Of a DNA stretch of 64,000 bases, positions 37,001 to 50,875 are shown piece after piece; the first letter of the stretch is position 1, and each line of letters opens with the position of its first letter. Origin of the DNA: Cycas panzhihuaensis (taxonomy: Eukaryota > Plantae > Cycadophyta). The position numbers and the translations under genes were made by a program. A model generated the notes under the pieces. The model was given only the letters and a program-made list of their open reading frames with translations. It ran no database searches and was not told where the DNA came from. The stretch spans positions 68,021,741 to 68,085,740 of the forward strand of contig CM041465.1 of the NCBI GenBank assembly GCA_023213395.1, in the 5' to 3' direction.

Positions 37001-37649
37001 TGTTGAGAAGATAAGGTCCCAACCCTTAAACCGCCACCAAGATCTAAATTATTCTTGCAACTAATTACAGGAATCGAAATTAAAATTTAACATGCAAGTT
37101 CTTAAACCAGAGATAAAATAATAAAATGAACAAGAAAGCCAAGCATCACATATACACCTGATATAACATAATAAAACCCTAGCAGTATGCTAAGGAAACA
37201 TCCACATAAGAAATGTATCAATCTTTATTATCAAAGAATGGAGAAAATATACATAATCTATAGCAAAGTACTCACAACAATAATAACTAACTGCCCAACT
37301 CTTCATTGTACATTGAACACTATCAACATGATGAAAAATACCCTAAATTGGACTACATAAGAGAGTCATACAAGGTGCAAATCTCAACCGTAGAATCTAG
37401 AGTATTTTGAGTGAACGACCCTGATTCTCTTTATAATTTAATATACTTTCTAGTGCTAGATTTTTGGGTCAGGGGCTATTGCCCCTGAACCCCCTCTTTG
37501 CAAGGGGCGTTCCACACCCCCCACATCCCCCTAGCCAAGGGGGGCTCCAACCCCCCTTTGAACCCCCTGAGGAAGGTTTGGTGGGCAAACCACCCTGCCA
37601 ACTTATCAAAATTTTAGCCTTCAAACAATTGTTGTCACATTACCTAACA
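37001..37649 (-). repeat. 5' LTR of the Tork-like copia
   Basis: Direct repeat of 32303-32952, adjacent to the PBS. Confidence 0.95.
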
Positions 37650-38125
37650 TTTAAGAGGAATCATATGGGAAGATCGAATAATTTACATGATTGAATCAAA
37701 TTCAGTTTAGCCTTCTGTAATGTTTAAATTGATGGAGCAACATTAAGTGACTAATTAGAGTCATAAACTGAGTGGAACTAGATGAATTAATCTTCTTAAC
37801 ATACCCCTAGAATAAATATCATTGTAATGAAAGGTTATAAGTAGACAAATAAGGAAATGAGTAGACATAAAGAGAATTTGATCAATGTAGGCACCAAGAT
37901 CCATTGCCAATAAAACTTAGGTCAAATAATATTTTTTATTTTATAATATTATAATAAATTAAAGTATTTTTTATTTTGAATTAAGTTTTAATTAGCCCCT
38001 TTATATGAAACCCCCTAGTCACATGTCTTAAAGAGGGTTAATTCCTTTTTTAGGTTACAAATCTGTTATATAACAAAACTAAAAACACTTTTTTAATATA
38101 ATTTTTTGTGTTCTTTATGTCTAAC

Positions 38126-41100
38126 ATGGTCATATGGCCAAATTTTGGGTTCCTATGTGGTGTCTAATAACTTAGTTTCTTTTGTTAGCACTTTAAATAG
38201 TAATTGAGGATTATAACTAGGAGTATGTCTTCATCAAAGTATTTTATACTTCTTAGCCTTTCTTTCTGTTTTGTTATTTTTTATAGATGTTGGTAGGAAG
38301 TTTGTTTTCTCTTTCAACTAAACTTACAAGTGTTGAAAACTATGGCACTTAGAAACATCAGATGATAAACCTGCTTTGAATGAATGGTTTATGGTTGTTA
38401 GTATAAGGGAAAACCTCAAAACTAGATGACAAAATTGCCATATAATTGGAGAAAGCTAAATGTGAAAGTAAATCTAATTATGCACTACGGTTAATAAACA
38501 TGTCTGTTAGTGGATCTCTGGTAGAAAATGTTAAAAAGGCCTATATCTAAGGAAGCATAGGACTCAATTATTTCCATCTTTGAAACAAAAAATGATACAA
38601 GAATAATGTTACTAAAGAATCAATTATACAACTTAAAAATGATAGGTTGTTTAATAAAACATCTTTAGGTAGTTAAAAGCATAAGCAATTAGCTAGAAAA
38701 CATTAGAGAAGTTCTGGAAGATAAAGATCTTATTGTATTTATACTTAGAAGCCTATCAAGTAAGTTCAATAAGTTTATATCAAGTTTTTATTTATTAGAT
38801 AAGGCAAGAAAAACTGCTTTTAATGAACTAGAAGTATTACTTCTTTAGCACAAATAAATCTTAGTGGATAATATAAGAGAATCCTTAGGAGCCTTCTCAG
38901 CCAAGTTGAAAGAGGAAAATACTATTAGAGAACCTTGACAACAACCACTTTCATCTCAAAAAAACTCAACAAAAATTATAATGTTCTTATAGTAAACTAG
39001 GTCATTTTAAAAGGAATTGTAAGAAATGGCTTATTGATCTAAGAAAGAAAGAAAGAAAGAAAGATCAGGAATATCTTTTTGATCACGGGTCATCTAATTC
39101 ATTTCAAATTAGAAATAAACCCTTGTTAACGACTACCTAGAATAGTTCAAGAAATGCATAGTACATTGATTCATGAGCTTCTAAACATATGACTGGAAGG
39201 ATTGATTGATTTAGACATATGTGGGAAGTAGTTGGTCATCCTGTTACATTAGGAAATAATGTAATGCTTAAGGTGAAGAGGATAGGAGTGGTCCCATTCA
39301 TTACTCTTGATGAAGAAAATTATTACATTAAAAATGTAATGTATGTGCTAGGACTAGAAGTAAATTTTATTTCAGTCAATCAAATTGAGGGCATTAGGAT
39401 GAGTGATCTCTTAAAAAATAGAAAGCCTTCAATGATCATGAAGGAAAAATGGTTATGCAAGGCATAAGAGAAAACTATCTTTGTTAGTTTTTAGGTAAGT
39501 ATGTAAACCAAAGAGTATATTTGACTATAGGGGTAGCAAATAAGATTCAATTGTGGTATGAATGGTTGGGGCATCTGTATTTCCCTAGTCTTCAGTTAAT
39601 GAAGAAGTTGAATATGGTGCACAATCTCCTAAAATTTAAAGTAAGAAAAGGGATATGTGATCTTTGTATTAATGAGAAGCAGCATAAGGAAAGGTTTCCA
39701 AAAGGCAAGGTGATTGAACAACTAAGTTCAATACACTTAAACATTTATGGTCTTATGCCAACCACTTTGCTTGGAGATGAAAAACATCTTCTAACTTTCA
39801 TTAATTACTATTCCAAGAAAATCTAGGTTTATCCTTTGAAGGAGAGGTCTCAAGTGTTTAAGACATTTAAGGAGTTTAAAGCAAAAGTGGATAAAAACTC
39901 AAAGCACTAAGGTTAGATAATGGGAGAGAATTTTTCTCTAAAAACTTTATACATTTTTATAAGGAACATAACATTAAATAGTTGATATTAGTATATCTTC
40001 ATTAGTAGAATATGTTAGTTGAGAAAATAAATAGGATGTTGATTGAAAAGGCCAAGGTGTTGATGAAGGCCAAAAATCTCTTAGATATATTTTGGGCAGA
40101 AACAATGTATACAATAGTTTACTTGATAAACAAGAGTATTATTAAAGATGTATAGGATAAAACACCTAAAGAAGTATTATTAGGTCATAAGCCTATAATT
40201 AGCCACCTCATAATCTTTGGAAGCATAACTTATATATAGATTTCTAAAGATGAACACTAGAAAGTTATTGATAAAAGTTTAAAAGGCATTCTTATAGGGT
40301 ATAATGAAGAGATGAAAGCATACCAGACATACGAGTTAATAACCAAAAAGGTTTATATAACTTAGGAGGTTATCTTTGAAGAGGATGATAAATAGGTTGT
40401 AGAAGTTACCTCCAAAGAACCTAATAAATAGGCGATAGATCAAGGTCAAGATATTTGGAAATTTTGGAAAAACAAAGAAAAGCAAAATGAGGAATAAACT
40501 GAATCATGTTCTTCGAGTCGATAGTTGTCTAACTAAAGACTCTGCCTAAAGAGGAAAATTTTAAGGAAGAGAAATTTGAAGATGCTAAGGAGATACAATT
40601 AAAACTTTAGGTCATTTCATCTATCAAATTTCATAAATGGTGCATAAAGATCATTAAGTAAGTTTAGTTGCCCGAGATAAAGGAAAAAAAAAAAAAAAAA
40701 TGAGGCCTAATTATTTGTTATCAAGCTAGTCTGATAAATTTAGTTGATTATATGAACATTAGCGAGGAGTGTTGGAATTATTATTTATGTGAGGAAAAAT
40801 TAAGGTATGAGTCTTAAATGAATTTATAACATGAGTCATAGGAGTTATTAGAATTCTTAATGGAATGATAATGAATGTTAGTTAATTACACATCTTGTTG
40901 GGACCATTACTAAACCAAAGTATATATCAAGGTGTATATATATAATGTATGGTGGAGATTGAGAGGTCATTCCAAATGATCGAAATTATTTTGAAAGGTA
41001 GACTAATTCTACCTTGTATTTCTTGTGTCTTTCTAATGCATTAGGTTGCCCTTAATGAGAATTAATTTGAGTTCCATATTCAATCCTTAATCTTATATTA

Positions 41101-41216
41101 ATCCCTTATAATATTACTTTAAATATTATGTTTTAAGGGTATAACCCTCCTACATGCTTGCAAACTCAAGTATTCCAAAAAGTATTCTTTTTAATTTAAG
41201 GATATAACATCTAACA
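38126..41216 (+). mobile_element. Old Ty1/copia remnant (gag, PR, INT; RT/RH not seen; possible PPT and LTR at 40770-41216)
   Basis: YIDS*ASKHMTG (~39160), LWYEWLGHL, KALRLDNGREF (~39900), and GCGAGGAG|TGTTGG at 40762-40775. The LTR pair is not confirmed. Confidence 0.65.
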
Positions 41217-44200
41217 TAGCATCCTCTACTTTTATTCAAGTTAACAAATTGGTCTATAGAATAAAATTTAAATTTCTTGTTGGATCAATTTATATTTAAT
41301 CCTTTTTCATCATTTTATTAGAAAGCAATAATCATTTTTAAGATTAACTTATGCTAAAAGTATTAAGATCTAAAATGAAAATCATGTGATCTACTGATTT
41401 CAATAACACTAATTTAATATACATGCATATGGTAGATAATAAGTTCATTGCATGAATATGAGGGAAACTTTTACCAGCATATATAATCATCAATTAAACA
41501 TATATGAATAAGTGAGCAAATAGGTGAATATCACATGATTTAATCATATATTACTAAGGCAACTATTAATAACTATATTACATATTTATCTTGCAAACAT
41601 ACATGTTCTTATTCATGTTTAACATTTAATTTTAAATATGTTTTAAACATTAAAATACAATAAACATTATAAGTGCTTTTATTTTTTTCACATAATTATT
41701 ATAATCTTTCGGTGTTATTTTTATAATTTTGCAACCAAATCTCCTAGATTTCATACTATATTTTCAATTCAATTATATAACTTTTTTTAATTTAAGGTTA
41801 TGAATTAAATGTAATGAAACTTCTTTGTTAGTGGACATAAGGTTTTAATTTAAATTTGCATTAAGTGACTCTTATGTTTGTTATTCAAAAGGACTTAAGC
41901 ATATTATCTTCATTGATAAGACCACAATTAACCATTCAAACTAACTTGAATGCTAGTAATGGCTCCCACGGCTAAAATTCTAGTACTTACAAACTTAAAT
42001 TATGTCAACAGGAAGGTTAAATCCTCTGACTAACTTAAGTAATAAAAGTTGTAGAGATGTACCATTTGTGAATTTTAAAACCCTTTACTAATGTCTTAGA
42101 TGCATATATATATTATAACTAATGAATTGTGATAATGCCTTAGGGACCATCATCTCATCTCTATCCCTTAACATATAATGGTAATTCATTGATAAAAATG
42201 AACTTGCCAAAGTTTAGAAAAAGTTAACAACAAAACAAGACAAAGTTAACACTATATAAGTCATTATATTAGTAAAAGATTATATGACTTTAAGTTTGAA
42301 TATTTCTCCAATGTTAACAATTTTATATCTAGTTTATTGTCCATTAAAATTAATTTAGGAGGTTGTATTAAGTTTACCATTACTATAGGTGAAAGAATTG
42401 TTCCTATAATATATGTAAAGATGATGATACACTTATTTGGCTTGTAATAAATAAATTGCCAAAAATTTATAATTGATATAAGACTGTGAGACAACAATGC
42501 AACCATCTAACTATATTATTTAATGAGGTAACAAGCTAATTAGTAGAATACCAAACTATACTCATTTAAATATAAGAAGTACAAGACTTGTCATAGGCTC
42601 TTTTTTTGTATACTAGGTCCTTTTAATAATCTAAATCCTACAATTAATAACCATAGAATACAACTAGAGAATATAATAATTTAAGACCTCAAAAATAGAA
42701 CATAAGTCCTACTCTAAAAAATAATAATCCAAATTCAATAGATGTAACTTAAACTTTAGTTCTTTAAGACATTTTAACCAAAATTCAATGTAGAATTATC
42801 TTACATAGCCAAGTCCTAACTTATTTAGAAACTCTTAAAAAAAACTTACTCAAAATATTAGGTATAATCAAAGCACAATTCAAAATTATGTTATTGTTAT
42901 AAAAAGGGATATACCAAATGGTTTGTAGAAATTGTATAACTATTAAGGCATGGGAAGTCTCCAAAGGGATTCAACAATGATCCTATGGTTCTTTAATTGC
43001 ATAAACCTTAGCCTTTTCACCCTTATATTATCTTCAACCCCTTAGGTCATAGACTCAAGTGTCTTTTATTATATGATGGGACACCAAAATTTCTTTCCCT
43101 TATATGAACCTACAGTTAATTCAAGTGAGAAAATATTTTTTAGAAGTGGTTCTCAATTAAAAGTCATAGGAACCAAGAATGTTTCACTAAAAAATAGTTC
43201 CATGGATAATGTATTTTGTGTCTAAGGCTTATTGCTAAACTTGTTATTTATATATTAAGTCTGTGAAAAGGATTTGGTAGTTGACTTTTAGAAGGATAAA
43301 GATATAATCAAGCAATGCTTTAATAACTTAAAAACTATTATTTTGGACTAGTTGATCATAAAACCAATCTCTATAATCCTTTTGATCTAATAAGTTTAAC
43401 TAATAAGATAATATTTACTCCTTATATAACCTAATATAACCTTGTTAGTAAACTGTGGAATGAACACTTTGGCCATATTAGTTATAGTAGATTGTGTATC
43501 TTAAATCAATATAATATAGTTCATAGATTACCTCTATTATTTATAGTATATGGTGTTTATGGAACTTGTGTTCTAGGTAAACAACACATTGGCCCTTTCC
43601 CTAATAAAACAATATTTAGGATTAAATAACCTTTACACTTAGGTCACTCAAATACATGTGGAACATTAAAATTCCCTTATTACTTAGGAAGTGGATATTT
43701 TGTTACTTTCATTGATGATTTTTCTAGAAAATGTTGGATCTACATTACTACAAAATGTAATGAGTTATTTTATTAGTTCATTATGTATAAAGTTGTAATA
43801 GAAAATTGATCTAGTTATAGGATATATATTCTTAGGACATATAATGCTAAAGTATATTTAATGATCAATTCGTCTAATTTGGAAAAAAGAATGACATTAT
43901 ATTTCAACATATTATTGCCTATACATAGTAATAAAATAGTGTTGTTAAAAGAAAAAAATTAAACCTTAGTCGAAATAGCTAAATGTATGCTACATTCTAA
44001 ATAATTAGATCTTAAACTTTACGTAAAAGTAGTAAACTGCTCTAACTACCTTATCCCTAAAAAAAGGTGGTTAGGAAGAAAACTCTTAATTAAACATCTA
44101 AAAATCTTTAGAAGTATCACTTGGGCTTATGTCCCAAAAGAAAGAAGACAAAAGCTAGATCTTAAAAGCTCTAGGTTCACCTTTGATAGATATAATAAAG

Positions 44201-45253
44201 AAAGTAAGGGATACAAATTATTTGATCTCATTACTCATAATATCTCTATAAGAAAGAGATATCAAATTTAATAAAAAAGGCTCAAGTTTCCACTTAACTA
44301 GTGATCATGTTTGTTCTGCTTTACTTACTACTAATATAACACTTAATTCAAATGAATCTAACTCTTTAGTTCCTAGTCATAGAAATTCTAGTAAATAGGA
44401 GTTTGATGACTTATAACAATAACTTAAGACACTTATAATTAATTACTCCAATATAGAAAATTTAAATAATTCATAATAAATACTTATTAACTTTACTAAT
44501 GAAAGGCCACAAGTCAAAAGATAGCCAAAATAGGTCCAAAAGACCATTATAGTTACTAAATCTGATGTTAGTGATCCTTAAAAACCCAAAGAACTAGATA
44601 TCAAAGACTAGAAACTAACTTTTACCTCATGGCTAAATTCATGTCTCAAATTGATCCTTACAGTTTTAAAGAAGCCACAAATAATATAGTTTGAAAAACA
44701 ATAGTAAATGCTGAGTATGATGCAGATTGATAAGCAAAATTGGGTTTTCTGCGGGAGAAAGGCGATCGACGAACCTAGGGTTTGCAGCTGCGGAAGACGG
44801 GTTTCGCCGGGCGATGGGCGCCATGGCGTCCCAGGCGTCTGGTCGGCGTGGGTGGGCGCTTGCGATGAGCAAGACCTCGCATGTACCAAAGACTCTTTCA
44901 CTGCTAGCTTTGGTGGCCGCGCGGTGCTTAGTGCCAGATGCAATCGAAGATCCCTGACGAGCCTTGATCATATTCCTAACTGAGATCGCTTGGATCTCTT
45001 TGGCTCTGAGTCCCGAATCGTGGGCCTTGAGGTTTTTGAAGGGAAAACGGAGGTGTGGCTGGCAGGTGAAGGACGCGGCTCCTATCTTCAATCGAGCAGT
45101 ATTCTGACACTTCAATCGTGGCGTGACCCTCAGAAGGGTGATTGGGCCTTCTTCATGTGATCTGGCCACAGATTTCTTGATGTCTGATTTATGGCCGAAA
45201 TGGTATGCATTTGCTTTGCATGGAGCTCTGTTTTGCTTTTAAATCTTCAATAA

Positions 45254-46566
45254 ATGGAAATAGATCTTGATATCGTAACCGGACACCTACCTTGGTGGGG
45301 AAATCTTAGGGATGCCTTAAACCCAGCGATGAGGAAACTTTTGATCTTACACATGTTCGAGGACAACAAAGCGGTGAAGATCCCCTCGCCTAGTTGAAAA
45401 AGCGAAAAGTTATGGGAGAATTGCACGGTGGGCGATTCTCGTGCCCAGCATCAGTGGAAGGCATCTGGGCACGGATCAAGACTAAATGGAAAACTAGGTA
45501 CAATGTGGAGGTAATTGTAATGCCCAAGGGTCGGTTCTTTTAAATTTGCCTCCTTTGAAGACATGTCTAAGCATTCGATTAGGGCACCATGGATGTTTGG
45601 GAGGAAGGCCTCTCGCTAGAAAAATGGCATAGGGTTTTGATCCCTCGAGCCCTAAAATCCGCAAGATCCCATCTGGATTCAACTCCGGGACTACCCCTGC
45701 ACCATTGGAACACGGAGACCTTTAGAGGCATAGCAAAGCGGTGGGCCCTTTATTAGCGATTGACTCTGCGGCGAAGAGCAGAGTAGGCTTATCAATGCGA
45801 ATCATGCCTGGCAAGATTAGACAATAGCTTTTAGATGATATTTGGATGGACTTGCCGGACGAGAGTTGAGCCTGGCCGTTGGTCTCTGAGTTAGACCACT
45901 TTGGGTGTTCAACTTGCAAGTTTTGGGACACACGCCCCAAAAGTGCCGGGGTGAAGCCCTCGAAGGAGGACAATGAAGAAGACCTACTTGAGTCATCCCC
46001 AAAGGGAAGGGGATGATGTGGAGCGCCAAAACCTTTGGAACTGTGGTTGCCCCTCCCCAAACTTAGGTTTTGATCCAGATGAGGAGGACACGCTGCTGGA
46101 TGAAGACGTTCATGAAACCCAGGTCCCAGTCCCTCAGATGGCTCAGGCGTGCGTGGAGGGGGCGGGGGGCCCTCCCCTCTCCGGGGATGGTCCTCTGGCC
46201 CTCACCGGCCTGGTGGAACCATCAAGGGGGAAGGTCGTGGTGGACGATTCGGCCAGGTTGGAGGCGGTTTTGCCCTTGGTGGATGAAGGGAATCAGGGTT
46301 TGGTTAGCTCGGTGGTGCTGCGGGCATAGTGAGGAGGACCCGAATCTCTGGCGCTTCCATCTCTCAAGAAGATGCACGATGTGGGGTCAGAAAGAGGGTT
46401 GGTAGACCTCCCATAGGTTGCAAAGAGAAAGACACGGTGCCCGGTGACTGGGCACCGAAAACTCTCAAAGAAGTCTTCCTTGAAGGACCTACCCTCCGAT
46501 CTAGTAATGCAGTGAGACCCCCAAAAGGGATTCCACAGGTCCGGAAACTTAGAAAGAAAGCGATGA
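45254..46566 (+). pseudogene. L1-d ORF1 (DUF4283 + zinc knuckle), frameshifted as assembled
   Basis: Colinear with L1-a ORF1 (APWMFGRK, PIWIQLPGLPLHHW, CSTCKF.GH, KTLKEVFLEGPTLRSS). Confidence 0.82.
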
Positions 46567-49500
46567 AACTTGTGACATGGAACATCAGGGGACTGAATGC
46601 CCCCTCGAAGCAAAGAATCATGAGGGACATGAGAACCAAATATCAACTGGATCTTGTATTCCTGCAGGAAACTAAGTTGTGTAAGGAGAATGGCCCTAAA
46701 ACTAGAACTAGAATCTGGAAGCAAGCGGAAGGTGTAGAGAGAGACAATAGTCTAGGGGTGGGAGGCCTAATGGTGCTCTGGAACCCCTCTATTTGGAAGG
46801 GTGAAACCTTTACGGTTGTGACTCCTTCATTTGGCCAGTTAACGAATCAAAGTAACAACATCTCGTGGATTGCTACTAATGTATATGCCCCAATCCTCAA
46901 TCGGCCGAGCGGCTTTGGGAGAAGGCGATTGAGGTCCACAAGGATTGCGGACTTGGTGGCTGGGCCGGGGACTTCAACTCGGCTCTTTCCACAGAGACAA
47001 GAGGGAGGCACGGTGGGATGGACTTGAGCATGGAGGAGTTTGGCGATTTCTTCTGAGGGGTTTGGAAGATGTTACCACGAGGCGTCCTTCACTGGTCAAA
47101 TAAGAGGCGGGAGATAGTCTCATTCAAATCAAATTGGACAGGGTGCTGGTCAACTACGATTGGATGCGGTGCTTCGCTGACTTTACCCTTGATGCCTTTT
47201 AGGATCACGGATCATTCACCCTCCTAATGAATTTTTCAGAACCCGGAAAATTCACGGGGGCTCCTTTCAGATTCGAACTTATGTGGTTACGCCACCCTGA
47301 TCTGCGGGGGAAAATCGAGGAATGGTGGGGCACCGATTTTAAGGGTCACGCCATGTTTAGATTTTCTAAGAAGCTGGACTGGGTCAAAAAGCAAGTTAAG
47401 GCCTGGAATAAGGAAGTTTTTCTGAGCCTATACGAGCAAAAGGATAAAGTTATCCATGAGTTGAAAGCCGTTGAGGATCATATTGAGCGAGAAGGTAGAT
47501 CAGTGGAGCTTGCTAAGGCAGAGAAGGAGCTCACCGAGACTGGAGGAGATCCTTACAAGAGAAGAGGTCCACCGGGCAATCCGGGGCCCTCCGTTGGTCA
47601 AGGAGATAAAAATACCAGGTTCTTTCACATGACCACCGTAAAACATAGGGCGACAATGTAATCAAGTCTCTACTTAAGGAAGGCGGTTACGTGGTCAACT
47701 CGGAGGAGGATATGAAGGAGTGGCATGTGATTACTTTAAGGACACTGTTCACCGAATCTGGCGGGAACGTGGCTAGGAGGCAAGATTTTCTGAACAATAT
47801 TCCCTGCTTGGTGAATGATGAGCAGAATGCCAACCTTACAGCTCCTATCACTCAAGAGGAGGTCAAGAAGGCCCTCTTCGGGATGAAGAAAGATAAGGCG
47901 CCTGATGGTTTCCCCCCGGGATTCTTTCAAGAATACTGGGATATTATTAAAGGGACCTTATGGATGCAATAAAGGAATTTGAAGTGAATAGAAAGATTCT
48001 GCAGGAATGGCAGACTACTTTTCTTGTCCTTATTCCAAAGAGAAGGGCTAACAGGATGGAGGAATTCAGCCCTATTAGCCTCTGTAATGTTAAATACAAA
48101 ATTATAACAAAGGTTACGGTAAATAGAATGAAGAATATCATGCCAAACATTATCTCTCGTAATCAAGATGGATTCCTTGAGCGAGCAAATCTTTGATGGA
48201 TACATCGTTGTCCACGAGACTCTTCATTCTGCGACGGAGAGGAAGGATCCATGATGCTTGTCGAGATCGACCTATCAAAAGCCTTTGATAGGGTCTCTTG
48301 GGGCCCTTGCTTGAATGCCTCGGCGCATTTGGTTTTAGAAACTTGGCGGTCTGGATAAAACTATGTATAGGAAACCCATGATTCTCTGTTATCATAAATG
48401 GCTCTTCCTCCAAGTTTTTTCCGGATTCGGGAGTTTGAGGCGGTGACCCTCTCTCTCCCTTTCTTTTCATCATGATGGCGGAGCTCTGGGCGGGACTGGA
48501 GTCGGCCCGGAAGGGAGGTTTTATAAAGGCATAAAGCCTACTTAGGGTGGATTACATGGCTCACCAAAGTGATGATATTTAGGTGGTCGTGGGTGAAGCC
48601 TCCAAACTTAAAGAGATTTTGGGCCATTTTGAGGAGGCCACAAACCAAAAGATTAATTTGAACAAAAGCAATGTCTTCTTCTTAAACACCGGGCCAAGCC
48701 CAGGCGGGATTAGTAGAATCTTAGGGATGAGTATTAAAAGCTCCCTCGATTTACCTAGAATCGCCTCTTTTGTTGGGAGAATGTCAGGACTTGTGGAATC
48801 CCTAATCGATGGGATGCAAAGAAGTGGCGGGTTGGAAAGGCGCTCTCCTTAGCTTAGGAAAACTCCGGTGGTTGCCGACGTTTGCAAAGTATTCACGTGT
48901 TACGGATGTCTATTTTTAGAGTACCAGCAGCATCTCTAGCATTATCGAATCTATTCGAAAAGATTCCTTTGGTGCAGTACGGAAAGTAAAGGCAGGATCC
49001 ACAGTCGGTGGAACAAGGTGCATGCCGAAATGGTGGCGGCCTCAATCTTAGAAGGACCTCCCCTTTAATCTTACAGGGGCCAAGTTGGGGTGGCGGTATT
49101 GAAGGGGTGAGAGACCTTGGATAAAGATACTGGAGCAGAAAATACATTCAAGGAGGCTCCCTTATGGTGAATGATGCCTCATGAGGCGGTTCCACTGCGG
49201 AGAAGCATCCTAAAAGCTTAGCAAGGTATTAGGAAAGGTTTAAGATGGAGACTCGGAGATGGTGCCTCCATTAGATTTTGGGAGGATGTTTGGTCCGTGG
49301 CGGTGCTCTTAAGGACTATCCAGGCACAGTGCCTATTATGGGGCCTTGTGTTGGACATTATGGCGTCCGGTCGGGGACTCTTGGTAGCAATGGGAAAAAT
49401 AGGTGATGGAAGCCTCTGGAGGAAATTCAGGGAGAAAGATTGCAAGAGGTAAGCAGCTTGAAAAAGATTCTCCAGAAGAACTATATCCCAGGCGAACTCA

Positions 49501-50627
49501 TGGGACACGGTTGTGTGGCCTCTGGGCCGTCTGGGACTACACTGTGAAACAAGGATACCACTTCCTCTGTTTAACCCGGAGGTGATCGAGAAATCCAACC
49601 CTTGAAGGGGTTTGGAAGCTCCTATCATCCCCAAAATTGTAATATTTTGGTGGACACTCTCAAGAACAAAATCCTCACTTTGGATAATCTTAAGAAGAGA
49701 GGGTTTGGGGGTAACAGATGCATTCTTTGTTGCTCGAGGAAGAATCTAGGGACCACATCTTCATTGGGTGTGCTATGCTAGGGAGGTTTGGAGTTTGGTT
49801 CTTGAGAAATTAGAGGTCAGTTGGACCTTTTCAAAGAGATTTCGGACCTATGGCTCGCTTGGCGTAGCCTTGAGCAGAACCACAGGCGCATGGAACGTTG
49901 CGCTTGGGTGTGGCTTGGAACATATGGAAAGAGAGGAATAGGCGTATCTTTCAGAGCACCGGATGGATCAGTTGCCATATTAAATAAAATAACCTCGGAC
50001 ATTAAGGAAAAGCGTTAGAATGTGAAGGAAAACCATATTTCAGTTCAAGAGGCGGTGATTCTCCAAAATGGGGTTTAGTTCCTGTCTTTGAAGCTGTTAG
50101 GACCAGGAATTGTAGCTGGCAGCCTCCTGATGAGACATGGAGCAAAGTTAATTTTGATGGAGCAGCAAAAGGAAATCCTGGGGAAGCCGGGGGTGGAGGC
50201 ATCTGTAGGGATTGCTCTGGCTCTCCCATCTGGGCTTTTGCGGACTACTACGAGTGCCAGACAAATCACTACGTGGAAATGCATGCTATGTTTAAGGCGC
50301 TTGATCATTGAAGATAACCTGCAACGACTGATTTTAGAGGGGGACTCGGAGGTGGTGATAAAGACACTAAGAGGTGAGGCAACCCCAGACTGGAGATTCC
50401 AGTCTCTTTTCGAAGATGCCAAGGAGCTCATGAAGGGGCTGGCTGAAGTCCGCATTAGACATACTTACAGAGATGGTAATAAACCTGCTGATTACTTGGC
50501 AAATTGGGGGGCTAGGATGAGGGAAGGTCAAGTGTGGAAGAGTGATTTCCCCAGGGAGCTTATGGTTCTGATTGAGAAGGATAAGAATTGCAGCAGTAGT
50601 GGGGCTTGTCGTGAGATAGTTTTCTAG
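46563..50627 (+). pseudogene. L1-d ORF2 (EN-RT-zf-RNase H), frameshifted as assembled
   Basis: MKLVTWNIRGLN, LVFLQETK, PFRFELMW, PISLCNVKYK, GDPLSPFLF, KVNFDGAAKGNPG, ILEGDS, HTYRDGNKPADYLA. Confidence 0.9.
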
Positions 50628-50875
50628 GCAGTGGGGATGTCACGGTCAATATCTTTGGTAGATTTAGGCTGCCCGATGTTTGGGGTTGGGGGACCCTGTT
50701 CAAATCCTCTACAGGTTCTGATTGAGAAGGATAAGAGTTGCAACAGCTAGCCGTGGGGCTTGTCCCGGCAGATAGATTTTTTTTCCTAGGCCGTGGGGAT
50801 GTCACGGTCAAATATCTTATGGTAGATTAAGGCTACCCGATGTAAGAGGTTGTGGGACCCTGTTCAAACCCACTT
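50564..50875 (+). repeat. Tandem duplication (~150 bp unit) of the L1-d ORF2 end and 3'UTR
   Basis: GGTTCTGATTGAGAAGGATAAGA starts at both 50564 and 50714, with the rest of the unit colinear. Confidence 0.9.

Larger units (their letters stand above)
32303..37649 (-). mobile_element. Ty1/copia LTR retrotransposon, Tork/Tnt1-like, both LTRs present
   Basis: LTRs TGTTG...TAACA at 32303-32952 and 37001-37649; PBS TGGTATCAGTAC at 36998-36987; PPT AAGGTGGAGAT at 32963-32953; domain order gag-PR-INT-RT-RH. Confidence 0.95.

Noticed and set aside
40683-40700. A-tract as a LINE/SINE tail
   Set aside because: No upstream L1 3'UTR motifs and no TSD found.
46329-47027. Apparent ORF1-ORF2 fusion in L1-d
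   Set aside because: One extra A before CGATGA explains it; copy a shows a stop overlapping the ATG, and this copy is indel-rich.
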